A DNA stretch of 63,967 bases, the filler included. It is 4 parts of 4 records of this genome, joined end to end, with 100 filler letters (N's around TTAATTAATTAA, not from the genome) between each part and the next. Parts side by side here need not be neighbours in the genome. Positions count along the whole stretch, not along the records: positions 1 to 20,658 come from SRR20825019_806; positions 20,759 to 34,577 come from SRR20825019_807; 2 more parts are not named here. One strand, 5' to 3'. The notes beneath the pieces are model-generated. The model made no database searches and had not been told where the DNA came from. It worked only from the letters and a program-made list of their open reading frames with translations. Both the position numbers and the translations under genes were made by a program. Shown here piece after piece: positions 11,401 to 22,967 of the stretch (the stretch's first letter is position 1; every line of letters starts with the position of its first letter).

Positions 11401-13298
11401 CATCTCTATTCGCGCCTGTCAGATCAACCCCGTACTTCAACATCTTCGACACCACGGATACCATGTTTTTCTCAACTGCAAGGTGGACTAAAAAAGAAAT
11501 GTCAGTCAGCAAAACAAGGTTCATCATCGGTTTCACATACGCGGAGTGTCCTGATTCGCATTTGCATAATTGAATATGTGAGTCCGAACGGATTCAACAT
11601 CATCACATTTGTCCAACATCGTAAAAAAGATCTGTGCTTTGGTTTCCAAATTAGCCGTCCCCAAATTGGCCGGTGGTTCGTCGAATACACTGTGGAAGCA
11701 CATGTTGTCTTCGTCGGACAAGACTTCTGGCGCAAACCCATGGGCTAAAAGTGTCTTAACGTACTCGAGTTGGCCCAGTCGAGCAGATACATGCAGCGGC
11801 GATTCGTTCCTGAGTGACTCTCTCGCATGGAGGAGCACAGGATACCGATCTAGCATGGTCTTCAGTTTGGATATGTTGTACATATTGTTCGGCCCTGAAG
11901 GGGGCATTTCTATAAGTTCAAAGAGCTCGTTGCGGAGGTTCACGTCGGTCACTTCGATCATCCCAGACGCTCTTCTACGGATAGGCGGTGCGGTGCCCGC
12001 GTCTCCGTTATCTTTCACACCCGATAGGGATATATCACCCTGAAGTTGTGCCTGCTCCAGATAATCCTCGTCCGGTGTATACTTCCACAACATTGACAAC
12101 TTGGATATTCCGTACTCTCCAGATACGCCAGCAAAACCGAGAACTGATGCTTGATCAGCTGGTCTCATCACAAACGGCTCACCGCTCGGCTCTCTTGTTT
12201 TAATGCGAAACTCCTCATACTTGCCCAGACTCGTGGTAATAGCAATCGCCTCGATCCGCCTGTCCTCGGCATTGTACACACCTGACACTAACAACACGCT
12301 CTCCCCAGGGCGAAGCTCGAAGTCATGGCGCGCCTCATCGGGCAGCATGTTGCGAGAAGCCCTGACCTCGCTCTTTTTCTGTTCGTCACCCTCTAACGCA
12401 GACTCGGGCAAAGAGTCGGAACCCCAAGATGGAGCGATACCGAGCAGACCTGTGCTAAGATTCATCCATACGTGAACTTTGGTCATTCTAAACGGTTTTC
12501 CTTCTCTCTCCATAGCTTCAACAGCAACCATGTCATCAAATTTTAACTGCGTTTTCCCCAAAGGTTTCTTGCCAACTACAAAGGACCTATGAATACTGCG
12601 GTCTCTCCTTACAACATGGTAGAACTCGTCACGAAGGTATCTCGGCACCCTCTGAAACGTCACTCCGATGGTATTCAAAAAATCACTGGATGAACCAAAA
12701 AGGGTAACAACGTGCTTGTCCGGCATCTTTGCAGAAAAAGGCTTGCCAACTCGCGTACCAAAGGACACTTGGTGGCCTCTATTCGTAGTGAACTGGAGGG
12801 AATAAATCCCTGCACGGTCTGCACCAAACTCCGAGTCCCCATCCTCGTCTAGAGCCGTCCCGTCAACTACAGTAAGATATTCTCCACTTCTAAGATTAAA
12901 AACCGATCGCTTAGCCCCGGGAAAAAGACCCAGCGGCTCAGGCATTTGAACCTTAGACTCGTCCTTGATGTTCCACACGACTTGAACACCGTAGATTCTA
13001 CATTCCGAAAAAATTAGTCAAAAGTGACAACTGAAAGTAATAGCGAGATTCACCTCGACCCATGCCACACTCTGATGCTCTTGATAGAGTACATTTTTCC
13101 GGCTCCAGCCCAAGATGAAAACATGGACGTGTCGTCAAAGTCGCGGCTGTTTGGGGCCCGCTTGCCAAACGCGCGCGTCTTGAAAAAGTTTGTATCACGA
13201 TCTTCAACCTGCATGACGTCCGTTAGAAACCCGGACCTGCGGCGCATTCTGCGCGCTTGAGTCCCAAGCTGGCCAAAAGCGTCGTTGAGCTTTTCCAT
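8432..13298 (-). CDS. TRP-family cation channel with two N-terminal jacalin-like domains and about 12-13 ankyrin repeats, about 1585 aa, 3 exons
   Basis: Exons 13054-13298, 11541-12997 and 8432-11487. Introns 12998-13053 and 11488-11540 are GT-AG with branch motifs. Splicing rebuilds a TPLHLA ankyrin motif across intron 2. Six-TM region with WNWFD, pore LMGDMDF, S6 VLNLLIATMTTSYESV, and a C-terminal coiled coil. Confidence 0.88.
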
Positions 13299-14440
13299 CG
13301 TATCAATAGACGAAGAAACGCCAAAAGAAACAATACGTCAGATTTTGCAACTATGTAAAATTAATTAAGCTAAGCCAAAGGACTTTTTCTTGGGCTTGGG
13401 GCACACGGCTCAGGAAGTGCCCGTGTCACGTCGACCGACGACAGAACCGGCCTGTGGCAAGTCGTGCAGTGTCGCGGTCGTCTTGTGGCCGCTGATCGCC
13501 TCAACGGGACCAGCTATGACCGAGCTAGCTATGATGGCGGGGAGAATAGTCGGGGCAGAGTGCCGATTTCGCTTGGCCGGCCGGAACGGGCCATCCAGCC
13601 CAGTGGCTGGACCGGGCCGGGCGGCGCGGGCGGGTCAGGTGCAGGCCGGCCAGTCCGGTCTCAGTGGTCCGCGGATGGGCCGCGCGGGGAGCCGGAACAA
13701 CTGAGGAAGCTGAGCGAACTCGGCAACCCCCCGGGCGGGACTGCTGACCTCGGGACTGACGTGCCGTGTCATGAGCCGGGCTGGTCAGCAGCGGCCCTCG
13801 GAGCCGCGTTCGACGGCGCAGCCGGTGACCCACGGCCACAGTGCATCCGCCGTACAACTAATGAACCCCTTCGGTCCCCGAACGGGGGGAGCCGGACCAC
13901 TGCCTGACAATGACCCGGGCCGCGGCCCGCCGGCCCGCTGCCGACCGGAGCCGGCGGCGCGGCGGCGGCGCCCGGCCCCCGGGCCGGCCGGGCCCGCGCC
14001 GCCGGCCTCTGGTGCGACGCGGGGCCGCCGGGCCGGGTGCGCCAAGGCTAGTTTGCCGGTGAGGCGACCCAGTGTGAGTGAGTGTCCCTGCGTCCCGGCT
14101 GACTGAAGTGACCGGCCCGGCCCGCCAACCGTGGGCCGCTGAACGGCGGGGGGCCGAGGCCCAATGAATGGCAACGCGGCCCACAGCGGGTGAGGACGGA
14201 ATGGCGCCCCCCGGCCCCGCCACCGGCCAGGTCCCGCGGCGCCGCGCCCGGCCCGGGCCCGTCCCGCCATGCCGCCTGCCACGCACGCCATTGTTCACTC
14301 CCCGCGATTCCCTGGCGCTCGTGCTGCGGCCCCGCGTCACAGCGCCTAACCTTTTCACACGTAGTTTCCAGCGCTCAGCCACAAATAGAAAAGAGTCAAT
14401 CCTGTCCTGCGTGTGCCTATCGTGGATTGATGGATTGACC

Positions 14441-15930
14441 ATGGCTAAGGACAGGCTCGCAAAACATGGAAGCCCCGTCTCCAACTATGGAAGCATATCT
14501 CCCCCTGGCCCTCGGCCTTCACGCTCACAAAGTATCCTGGCTTTAGACGTATCGAAGAGCGAGTCTAGTTACCACGACGACTACATTGAGTTTACACTTG
14601 GCGAGCCACACGCAGGCACAGATACTTCTGCCCCGCTGGAGCACTTCAATCCGTTTCGTGAGGATATCCGCGGCAATCTGAGGATGCGGCGGGAACAAAA
14701 ACAGCACCTCAAGCGGGCTGCTCTGTGCACTTATGAGGAAATTCCCGAGAGGATTCGCGACAATAAGTATCTGCGATATGGATACCGACGTATAGGCACT
14801 TCTTATTGCGGATGCGTGGGGAGTGCCTTTTACCAGAACAACCAAACCCTTAACATATGGACGTCTCTTTCCGCGATTTTTATGCATATTTATCTTGCCG
14901 TTGATGTTTTTGTTTTTAAAGGTGGGAACTTGATGCTTGTATTCGTTTGCCTGATCATGATGGTTGCTTAGGGTGGCTCACGGGGATAGATATGCAACGA
15001 GAAGGAGTTAAGGTGAGAAGTGTGGGTGCAAGTCCGTTGCCGCCTAACTCACCTTGGTCACAGCATGTGGATAAGGTGTTCTTCGCGTGGTGGTTTTTTT
15101 GCAATGTTCTCATGAACGTTGCTTCAACCATGGCGCACATGTTCTCTTGTCACCAAGAGTCGCACTTCTGGAAATGGTTCCAGTTCGATGTGTCTAGTTT
15201 CTGCTGTATTACATTTGTACACATTTATGGCACTGAGCTGTACAACTGGTATCTTCCGAATGAGTGGTTACTCCCCTATCTCATTCTTGCATATGGAGTA
15301 TCCATTTACTTCTTTCTGGCATTGATATATTGGAATTTCTTTAACCCGAAAGTCCCCAAGTGGCAAAAAGTAATTGTTGCTTGCCTGGTCGCAATCTTCT
15401 CAGGAGTTCCAGTCATACATCGCATGTTTTTTGTTCGTTGGGAATGGGCTTGGGCGATTACATTCTGCACCCTCCTCATGGGTGGCGTTGTTTTTGCAGG
15501 CTTCCTTCCGGAGCGCTGGGCTCCACCAGGAAGTTTGGACTTTGAGTTTTATAGCCACCCACTATGGCACCTTTTGTATGTAGCTGCCTTCTTGGTTATG
15601 ACAATTGCGTACTTCGAGGATTACCTGAATACAAGGCACATGGTGCCGAGAGGGGCTATTCGAGATCAGTATCCGATTTGGGTCATGCTTATGATTCCTG
15701 CCTTCGCGCTGTTGCCATTCTGGAGGTCAGTAATAGTAGCATGGTGGCGTAACTACGAGTATAAGGCTCATCAGAGGGAGCTACGCCGGAGAGCCGAGAC
15801 AGGATACACGGATGGATGGCATCGCATGAGTGAGATGGAGCCAGGAAATGACACTATTGTCAAGAAAGAGCTCGCACAGCCCCAGACAACATCCAAAGAC
15901 TTGCAAATTGACCCTGCCAACTCCCAATAG
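14441..15930 (+). CDS. PAQR / haemolysin-III family (adiponectin-receptor-like) 7-TM protein, 2 exons
   Basis: IPERIRDNKYLRYGYR, NQTLNIWT, STMAHMFSCH, PERWAPPGSLDF...SHPLWH. Intron 14922-14971 joins the two ORFs in frame. Confidence 0.88.
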
Positions 15931-16965
15931 ATTCTCGTACTCGTGGTAAGTGACATTTTATGATAATTGATGAGTGGCCTTCACATGCCCTGGGGCTGCC
16001 ATCCGAGGAGCAGGTCGCACCCCCATGGACACATTATCCCCGGCCTTGTTTTTCCAGTGGTGATGTGATGAACACGCCTATGTGGCATGGCCGTGACGTG
16101 CCTCGTGGATCAGTGCTGCTCAGAATATTAAGCAACATCCCAGAAGTAAACCCTTCAAAAACCATGCGTACAATGGGGACACCGAGTAGCCCCAGCATCC
16201 ATGCGTCCTGTGTTTCCTTGCCAGAGTTGCAGCTTTCACGGTGTCTACTGGTGCCGTGTTCTTTCCTCTATTCAAGCACGTTTATCATCGGCGTCCTGCT
16301 CATCTCACCGAGACACCGAACAAAACCACTGACCAACAGCACGGATACTTTGCTCACGCTCCGTCCACCGGAATTGCGTGGTGTCGGATACTATGATTAC
16401 CTCACGGCATGCTGTAACGGGCCAGCTATAGAGTTTTGTAGTACTGTCACAACCCGGACGACTCTGGCTCGTGAGTCCTGAGCAAACCGTAAGCGTGTCC
16501 GTCGTCAGGCTGGCTGGCCGCCGGGTCAGTGCCACTGCATCAGTTGACAACGCAGTGCGAGGGCCGAGCCGGCCGCCTCAGTGCGGGCCGGCCCCCTGAC
16601 TGTCCACGCCGCGGTCGCGGGCCGCGGCCGCCGGCCGGCGGGGCGCCGGGGGGGCCGAGCCAGGCCCGGGAGCTCCCGTGCGGCACCGCCCCCGGGCGGC
16701 CAAGGCCGCGGAACGGGCAAGGCGGGTCAACTGACGAGGCGCCCGCGCCAGTGAGCCACGTGCACGGGGCCCGGCAACTGAAGCCGGCCGAGCTGGAGGC
16801 CCGAGGCCGGGGTGCGTCCGGCGCTGCGCGGCGGGGAAGGATGAATGAGCAGGCCCCCGCCCGCCGGCGTCCCCGCCGGCGCGCCACGGCGACTCGGGAC
16901 TCCGCAAGGTTGGTCCCGACCGCCAACCGCTAGGCTGGGTCTGACGCGACGCTACCTGTTTCACG

Positions 16966-16973
16966 TATATAAA
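16966..16973 (+). promoter_or_regulatory. TATA-box-like element
   Basis: TATATAAA directly after the GC island and about 60 nt upstream of ATG 17032. Confidence 0.45.
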
Positions 16974-17031
16974 GCTCTCGTCACAGTTCAGGCATATTGA
17001 ACCGCCTTTCCCGGGCCTGAGGTGTGGCAAG

Positions 17032-18408
17032 ATGCCTCCCCGCCGGATCCGGAAGCTAGCTTCTATGGAGAAGATTCTCAGTGGTGATACTGAGCCATCT
17101 TTGTCGCTCAGAAGCAAGGTTGTAACGAACTACGATACCATCTTGGACTCAGAAGCAAGGGCATGGGTTTCAGACACTATATGCCGTGGACTAAGCGCAC
17201 GCGGCATACCACGTGCGGACCAAAGGTCCGTCTCACGAATCATCAAGACCATCGACGCGTCAAAGATTGGGCCGAAACTTCCTTCCGATGACCATGATCC
17301 TGAAGTTGCCAAACGAGTTGTCGAGGAACATGAAAGGCAGCTTCACAAAAGGAGTACCACATTGTATGCTAAGGCCCGGCTCAATGGTACAACCTCAGGG
17401 GCCGACGTTAAGGAAGAGGCGGAAACCAGTATTGATGGAATGATATCAGAACTACGAATGAAACAGAAATCACGACGAAATGTTGAGAAGGGTGTTCTCC
17501 CTCAACCAGGTCGCTTATATTACAAGAAACCCGTGGTTTATGCTCTTGAAAGGGGATGCAGAGACAAGGCACGTGAAGTGCGAGCTCGGGAATGGGGCCC
17601 TGAGGTACAATCTCCCTCACCACCACGACCTCAGACCGCGAAAAATACGGTTAAAAAAGTTCGTCAGCCGCAGTCGATGAGTCGCCCAAAGACTGCCAAG
17701 ACGCCTGCGCGCCCATCCAAGGCGAACGATGTGAGCCCTCAGGCCGTTGAATGGATACAATCAGGTGCTTTTGCGCCATTACAAGCACGGAAGGGCATGG
17801 TTACCCCCACAACTAAGAAGATACATATCGGTCTGCAAGATGAATCCAATGGCAGCCAACCTATTGCCCATGGGTTGCCGGTTCAGGGCTGGACTCCCGT
17901 TGTCTCATCGAATGAGTTGAGTCAAGTATATCCTTCCCAGATGCCTGCTCTCAAACATTCATTTGGACATCGATGGACTAGCACTGGAAATGTTTCGCCC
18001 CGTTTGACATCAACAGATGTTGTAGTTGCAGAGCCATCAGTCAACCCTTTCCAGGCGCATTCATCTCCAATGCGAAATGTGCACGATGTGAATCCGGCTG
18101 CCAGATGTGTTGCCACAGGAGGCCCAGCTGGGTACAAGCGTGAGGCGTATCAATATGAAAGGGCTAGGCTGGCCAGCCCTCCACAATCTATGGGGCAACC
18201 GCCTGTCTCTCCTGAACAACTCCATATGCTTGAGGAGGATGTGATGTCGAATTCCAGGCAATTTCCGAGTTCCCGCCCTGTAGAATCCTACACGGCAAAG
18301 GTATATGACAACGATAGCTTCATCAAAAACGAAAACAAGCCTACATCAAAGACAAGCAGTAAGAAGCTTCCATCTGCTTCTGGCGACATTGAAAAATGGG
18401 GATCTTAA
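17032..18408 (+). CDS. Hypothetical 458-aa basic, Pro/Ser-rich protein with RPxTA motifs
   Basis: Long uninterrupted ORF with coding-type composition, downstream of a GC island and TATA box. No recognisable domain. Confidence 0.7.
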   Translation: MPPRRIRKLASMEKILSGDTEPSLSLRSKVVTNYDTILDSEARAWVSDTICRGLSARGIPRADQRSVSRIIKTIDASKIGPKLPSDDHDPEVAKRVVEEHERQLHKRSTTLYAKARLNGTTSGADVKEEAETSIDGMISELRMKQKSRRNVEKGVLPQPGRLYYKKPVVYALERGCRDKAREVRAREWGPEVQSPSPPRPQTAKNTVKKVRQPQSMSRPKTAKTPARPSKANDVSPQAVEWIQSGAFAPLQARKGMVTPTTKKIHIGLQDESNGSQPIAHGLPVQGWTPVVSSNELSQVYPSQMPALKHSFGHRWTSTGNVSPRLTSTDVVVAEPSVNPFQAHSSPMRNVHDVNPAARCVATGGPAGYKREAYQYERARLASPPQSMGQPPVSPEQLHMLEEDVMSNSRQFPSSRPVESYTAKVYDNDSFIKNENKPTSKTSSKKLPSASGDIEKWGS

Positions 18409-18659
18409 GGGTGGAAGTATTTTATTTTTTGCGAAGTGTAGTCCCTCGCATCTTCAATATGTGAAAGGTTTGCCACGCCCAAGAACCTCTGACATTGCGC
18501 GGGTTGTTGATGAATCCAATTCGGGGAAGAATGCCTCGTTGCTCGATTGTTGGAGATTCAGAACCTTCTGTGAGGATCTTACAGAACTACCTAGACCTCA
18601 CGTCACTTCGGATAAAGAATTCAGTAAATTTCTGTCTGCCAAAACTATGTTAAAAGGAG

Positions 18660-20091
18660 TCAAGTCGGCGCATTTCGTCTTTGATTCAACCGATCTGCAA
18701 GATGAGATCGCCGCGCATCGACGTCAGATACCAGGGGTGAGAACGGCGACCATCCACCTCCTTGCAACGCATTGAGGTCGTTGACCGTTGCCTTCGCCAA
18801 TCGTAGCTTAGAAGTAATGTAGCCTGTATGTTTCTGTGGAGACTTCAGGCTTGAGGTGATGAACTTCGGAGAGTGAATGTCACGCGCCAGTGGAACTACA
18901 CGTTCAGTCTGCGATCCATCGAGTGCAAGATCCAGATCTGTGTTTGTCACAGCGTCATTTGTCCGCAGGGGTTTCAGGTAGCTCTGTCCTGACCGGGGAG
19001 AGCTACTACTCTGCTGTTCTGCCATCGCCTTCTTAAGATTCTCTGGCACCGCCGCTTTCGCCTTGTTGTTCTGGGCATAGTATTGACTCAAAATGGTCCG
19101 GATATCGGTCGGATAGTGATTTGCTTTTTGCAAAATGCTGCTTAAACTGCCAGGGCTAGATGACGTCGTCATTTTTTCGGACGTTGATACGACGCTGCCG
19201 CAAATTCAGGCATTATCTCATATGCACTCACTTAAACTCACCTTGCACTGACACTAGCTTCATTGAAGGGGATATTGGCTTCCATGCTGGCTGCAAACGG
19301 GTTGACCCGAGAGATTGACTGTTGTTTCTTAGGTGGTTGGGTAACCTTGTCCTTGGGTGTCACATTCGAATACAAGAGCTTCCGCCTAAGGCTCAATTGC
19401 ACTTCAGTTAACCTGGCAAATGTAACAAGAACACAATACCTATTCCTGGTTGGAGGTTCCTCTCTTGATGCTAAGACTTGCCTTAAAGGTTCCAAATTGA
19501 CTTCTCCGGGGTCGTATGCTGCCCTTGAATTCTCCTTAAGAGGGTCTGACTGCAAAATTGGCTCATTCGCATTCTCGCTGACTATTCTGTTCGCCTTTGG
19601 CGAGTCCTGTAACCACCTCGCAAAGCCTTGTGCTCTTCCTTGGGCAGTAGCGGGAGGGGCACGCCTGAAAGGCAGCTGCAAAGCGTCAGACATTACTTAT
19701 GCGCATACCATTTCACGAAACTCACAACTTGGCGATCTGGTTTGGCCGCAACGTTTTTGGTATCATGGAGTTGCAAAGTTCCAAGTATGTTTCCTTTGGA
19801 AGATGTAGAGTGGTACCTCTCCGAGAACGGTTTCACAACAGAAACTTCCCCATGACCCAGTCGCCTAGCAGTAGAATCGTCTTCCAAGGAAGAATGAACT
19901 TTGCATTTGTCTAGGTGGCCAGGAACAAACAGAGTTGTTTCTAGCGCCTTGGGAGGTACTGCGGCTGGCTTTCTTGCCCTCCCTCTTTTTTTCGGTTTAT
20001 CTTCAATATCTTGATATTCCACACCAGCCGGCTCATCCCAACCTTTCATTCCTCCCAGAATAGGGGTTTCATCAGAGAACTCCAAGTCCAA
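18660..20091 (-). CDS. Multi-exon hypothetical protein, both ends uncertain
   Basis: Three serial minus-strand ORFs joined in frame by GT-AG introns: 19195-19241, and an intron of about 50 nt (GTGAGT...TTGCAG) near 19675-19725. Confidence 0.6.
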
Positions 20092-20630
20092 CAGCGCATT
20101 ACACGCAGCATTCGCTTCAGCGGAGGTTGGGGCTGCGGACGATTCGAGTTAGACGTGCTTAACGTGAACAACACATATAAACCATACGTCTTTCAATGCC
20201 CCAAGCTTCAATATTTTGCTGGGTGCAACGCGGAGCATTGCGCTTCCTTGCACGAGCGGTTTTCATATTTCAGATATGCTACTGTAGCATACCATATAGT
20301 GATGAGACAACTTAATCCAAAGAGAAATTGAATCTTGTGTTACATTTGTACTGTTGAAGTCTTTAACCCCACTCAGTCAGTCACGGCAGTCACGATACCT
20401 GCCGTCACAGTGCCACCGGCCCGGCAGCCACCGTTAACGTTCAGCCCGATGGTTTCCGCGTGAGTCGTACTCGACAGGATACCGGCCGACCGCACGTTCG
20501 GGCCGCGCGGGGCCGGCCGTAGTCGCCGACACATTCGTTTATTGAGCGGTGCCGCGCCGCCGCGCGCCGCGCTGTCAGCGGACCGCGGGCCCGGCGCGCC
20601 CTACTGATCGGCCCAGCGCCCGCCAACAGC

Positions 20631-20658
20631 GGGAGGGAGGGGGGGGGGGGGGGGGGGG
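20631..20658. repeat. Poly-G tract at contig end
   Basis: gggagggagg followed by 18 more G immediately before the linker. Confidence 0.9.
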
Positions 20659-20758
20659 NNNNNNNNNNNNNNNNNNNNNNNNNNNNNNNNNNNNNNNNNN
20701 NNTTAATTAATTAANNNNNNNNNNNNNNNNNNNNNNNNNNNNNNNNNNNNNNNNNNNN
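20659..20758. other. Artificial contig linker
   Basis: 44 N + TTAATTAATTAA (stop codons in all six frames) + 44 N. Confidence 0.98.
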
Positions 20759-21201
20759 GCCAGCAGGGCGGGCCGGCCGCGCGGCGCCACCCGGCCCGCG
20801 GCCGTCGGCTCCGGCCCGGGCCCGCCGGCGGCCGGCGGCCGGGCACCCGTGCAGTCACGGTCGGCCGGGCCGGCGGGCCGGCCGGCATCGGCGGACTGCC
20901 GGATCCGCGCAGTCGGGCGGCCTGCCGGACGCCTGCCTGCCGTGCCATGCAGCTTGCTGCAGCCTCGGCAGCGTGGCGACAGCTATGCGGACTGGCCCGG
21001 CCCGTGCCGCGCCCGCCGGTCTGACGCCGCCTTGCCCGAAGAAGACGGCGCCGCGGGCTCGCCGCCTACGGACCGCACGGTTGCGGAAGCCAGGATGAGC
21101 GGCTACATCTGGGCTTTCCTAGAATAAAGGTGACTTGCACTGCACTTCCGGTTCTTATTGAAAGTCACAACTAGACACAGAACCTCCTCACTTGCACGAA
21201 C

Positions 21202-22946
21202 ATGGGAAAGAAGGGCAAAGGTGACAAGAAGGAGCACCATGCCGAAGAGTGAGTTTTGATGGCATGCTTATTTGTTGGCTAACTGAGGAGTCTAGGTTGA
21301 TTCCACCTGAAGTGCTGCTGGAGCAAAAGCTGAAAGATTTGGATGTCGTGGAAACAGAAGTGACCAACCAGTAAGACACTACCTGCCAGCACATAAACAT
21401 GGCCATGTGACAGTCTTGTATGCAGCTTCAATCACAAAGTCGATGCATTTCGGAAGATAGAAGAACTTTCCGACAAGCTGAGTAAGGAGAATGGGGATAA
21501 AGTTGACATGGTTGAATATCTAGAGTCGATGAAGGGGAAGAAAGACACGGCCAACGATCTGCTTAAGGAAGAGGTTGGTTTTTTGAAGCGAAACTAGTGT
21601 GTTGGTTTTCACATGTTTGGGCTTAGATTCGCCAAATTCGAGAGGAGTTTGACCAAAGTGACGAAGCTTGCCAGGAGCAAATGAAGGAGTTAAACGAAGA
21701 GCTGAAGAAACTGAAGTATGTATTGTGAAGATGGCGTACTTTTCACAGTCTCCAACTAGGTTACTTGTTAGGTCACAAATTGAAGAGGCCGAGAGCAGTC
21801 TCGATCAGAAAACCGCGACTCTAGAAAGGATTCGTCCAAATCTTGTATGTTATGCAGTTGGAGGAGTGAGTTGTGTTCTAAGTATATTTGCAGAACCTGA
21901 ACCAAGAACTCAAAGAAGCTAAAGAGAAGACGACCCAAGAATTAGAAAAGGAGCAATTACGAACTGCAGCAGTGAAAAGGGAGACCGAATTACTTGATAT
22001 GCCAGAAAAGCCAGAGGGAATCGTGGGGCTCGTTTTAGAGGTGTGATAAGGATGCCTAGAGTCAGTGTATCTTGGCAACTGATTCCTATCCAGACCCTCA
22101 AAGCCTATCCTCAGAACAGTAGAATTCATGCAGAGGGATTGCTTTCTCTTAAGGAGCTAGCATCACTTGAAGAAAAGTATAAGCTTTCTTTGTTCAAGAT
22201 GAAAGGTATAGATCAAGTATTGAGCAGCATGGAGTCGTTTCCCGAGGATATTTCAGTTCTTACAAACGCGATAACTTTGATATGGAAAATCACGCATCAT
22301 GGTTCGACAGAGTCATTTTCTTCTATTCCTGTGCTAACTCTTGGGTTCAGACGAAGAAAAGACCTACGAAGTTGGGGTAACGGGAATTATCGAACTCATA
22401 ACGAAAGTCTTGAAAACCAACTGCATTACGCCTGGTGATCACGGGCGCTTGCTCTTCAATGCGTTGTCGCTTTTGTTGAGCATGAGTTCTCATGAGATTC
22501 TTCGAGGACATATGCAAAAGAAGAAAGTTGCTGAAGTGGTGCAACAGGCACTGAACGCATACCCAGAACATACCCAATCAAATGATGTTGGACAATCATG
22601 TGAGTACACATAACAATTCCAGACATGGGACCTTATGAACTTCTTTACATTATAGTCCTGACAAAGGTGAAAGAAGAGATTGGTGGCCGGAGAGCCTCTC
22701 AAGCGGTATGAGTGCTGCATTGCAGGGCTTCATGTGAAGAGTCTTATAGTTTTGTAGGAAATTGCTTTGCAAGAGTTCTTGAACAAGCCAGCACGGCAGG
22801 ATTCACCGGACATCGCGGCAAAAGACGGCGATGCACAAGTTGCAAAGAAAACCAAACTACCAGCACGACGGACACCTACTTCTAAATCATCTCTTCCGGG
22901 TCGGAGGAGAAAATCGTCGGCGGCAAGTTCGCTTGGAAATGCATGA
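21202..22946 (+). CDS. Multi-exon coiled-coil + armadillo-like repeat protein
   Basis: ATG GGA AAG AAG at 21202 and many short exons encoding Glu/Lys-rich helix. ARM-like segments follow (LKAYPQNSRIHAEGLLSLKELA; VLSSMESFPEDISVLTNAITLIWKI). Probable TGA at 22946. Confidence 0.55.
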
Positions 22947-22967
22947 TGGAATCACCTTGACCTGCCA

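Noticed and set aside
13390-14440. Arg/Pro/Gly/Ala-rich ORFs in the GC islands (also at 5778-6534, 16526-17117, 24815-25695, 32390-33662)
   Set aside because: Stop-codon depletion in very GC-rich DNA explains them. They overlap in all frames and have no domains.
15960-16481. 173-aa ORF downstream of the PAQR gene
   Set aside because: No motifs, no clear splice structure or promoter context. It cannot be supported as a gene.
20631-20658. Poly-G as a telomere or functional G-quadruplex
   Set aside because: It lies at the contig end, is not a telomeric unit, and may be a sequencing or assembly artefact.
20703-20714. TTAATTAATTAA palindrome recurring three times
   Set aside because: It is a synthetic six-frame stop spacer embedded in Ns.
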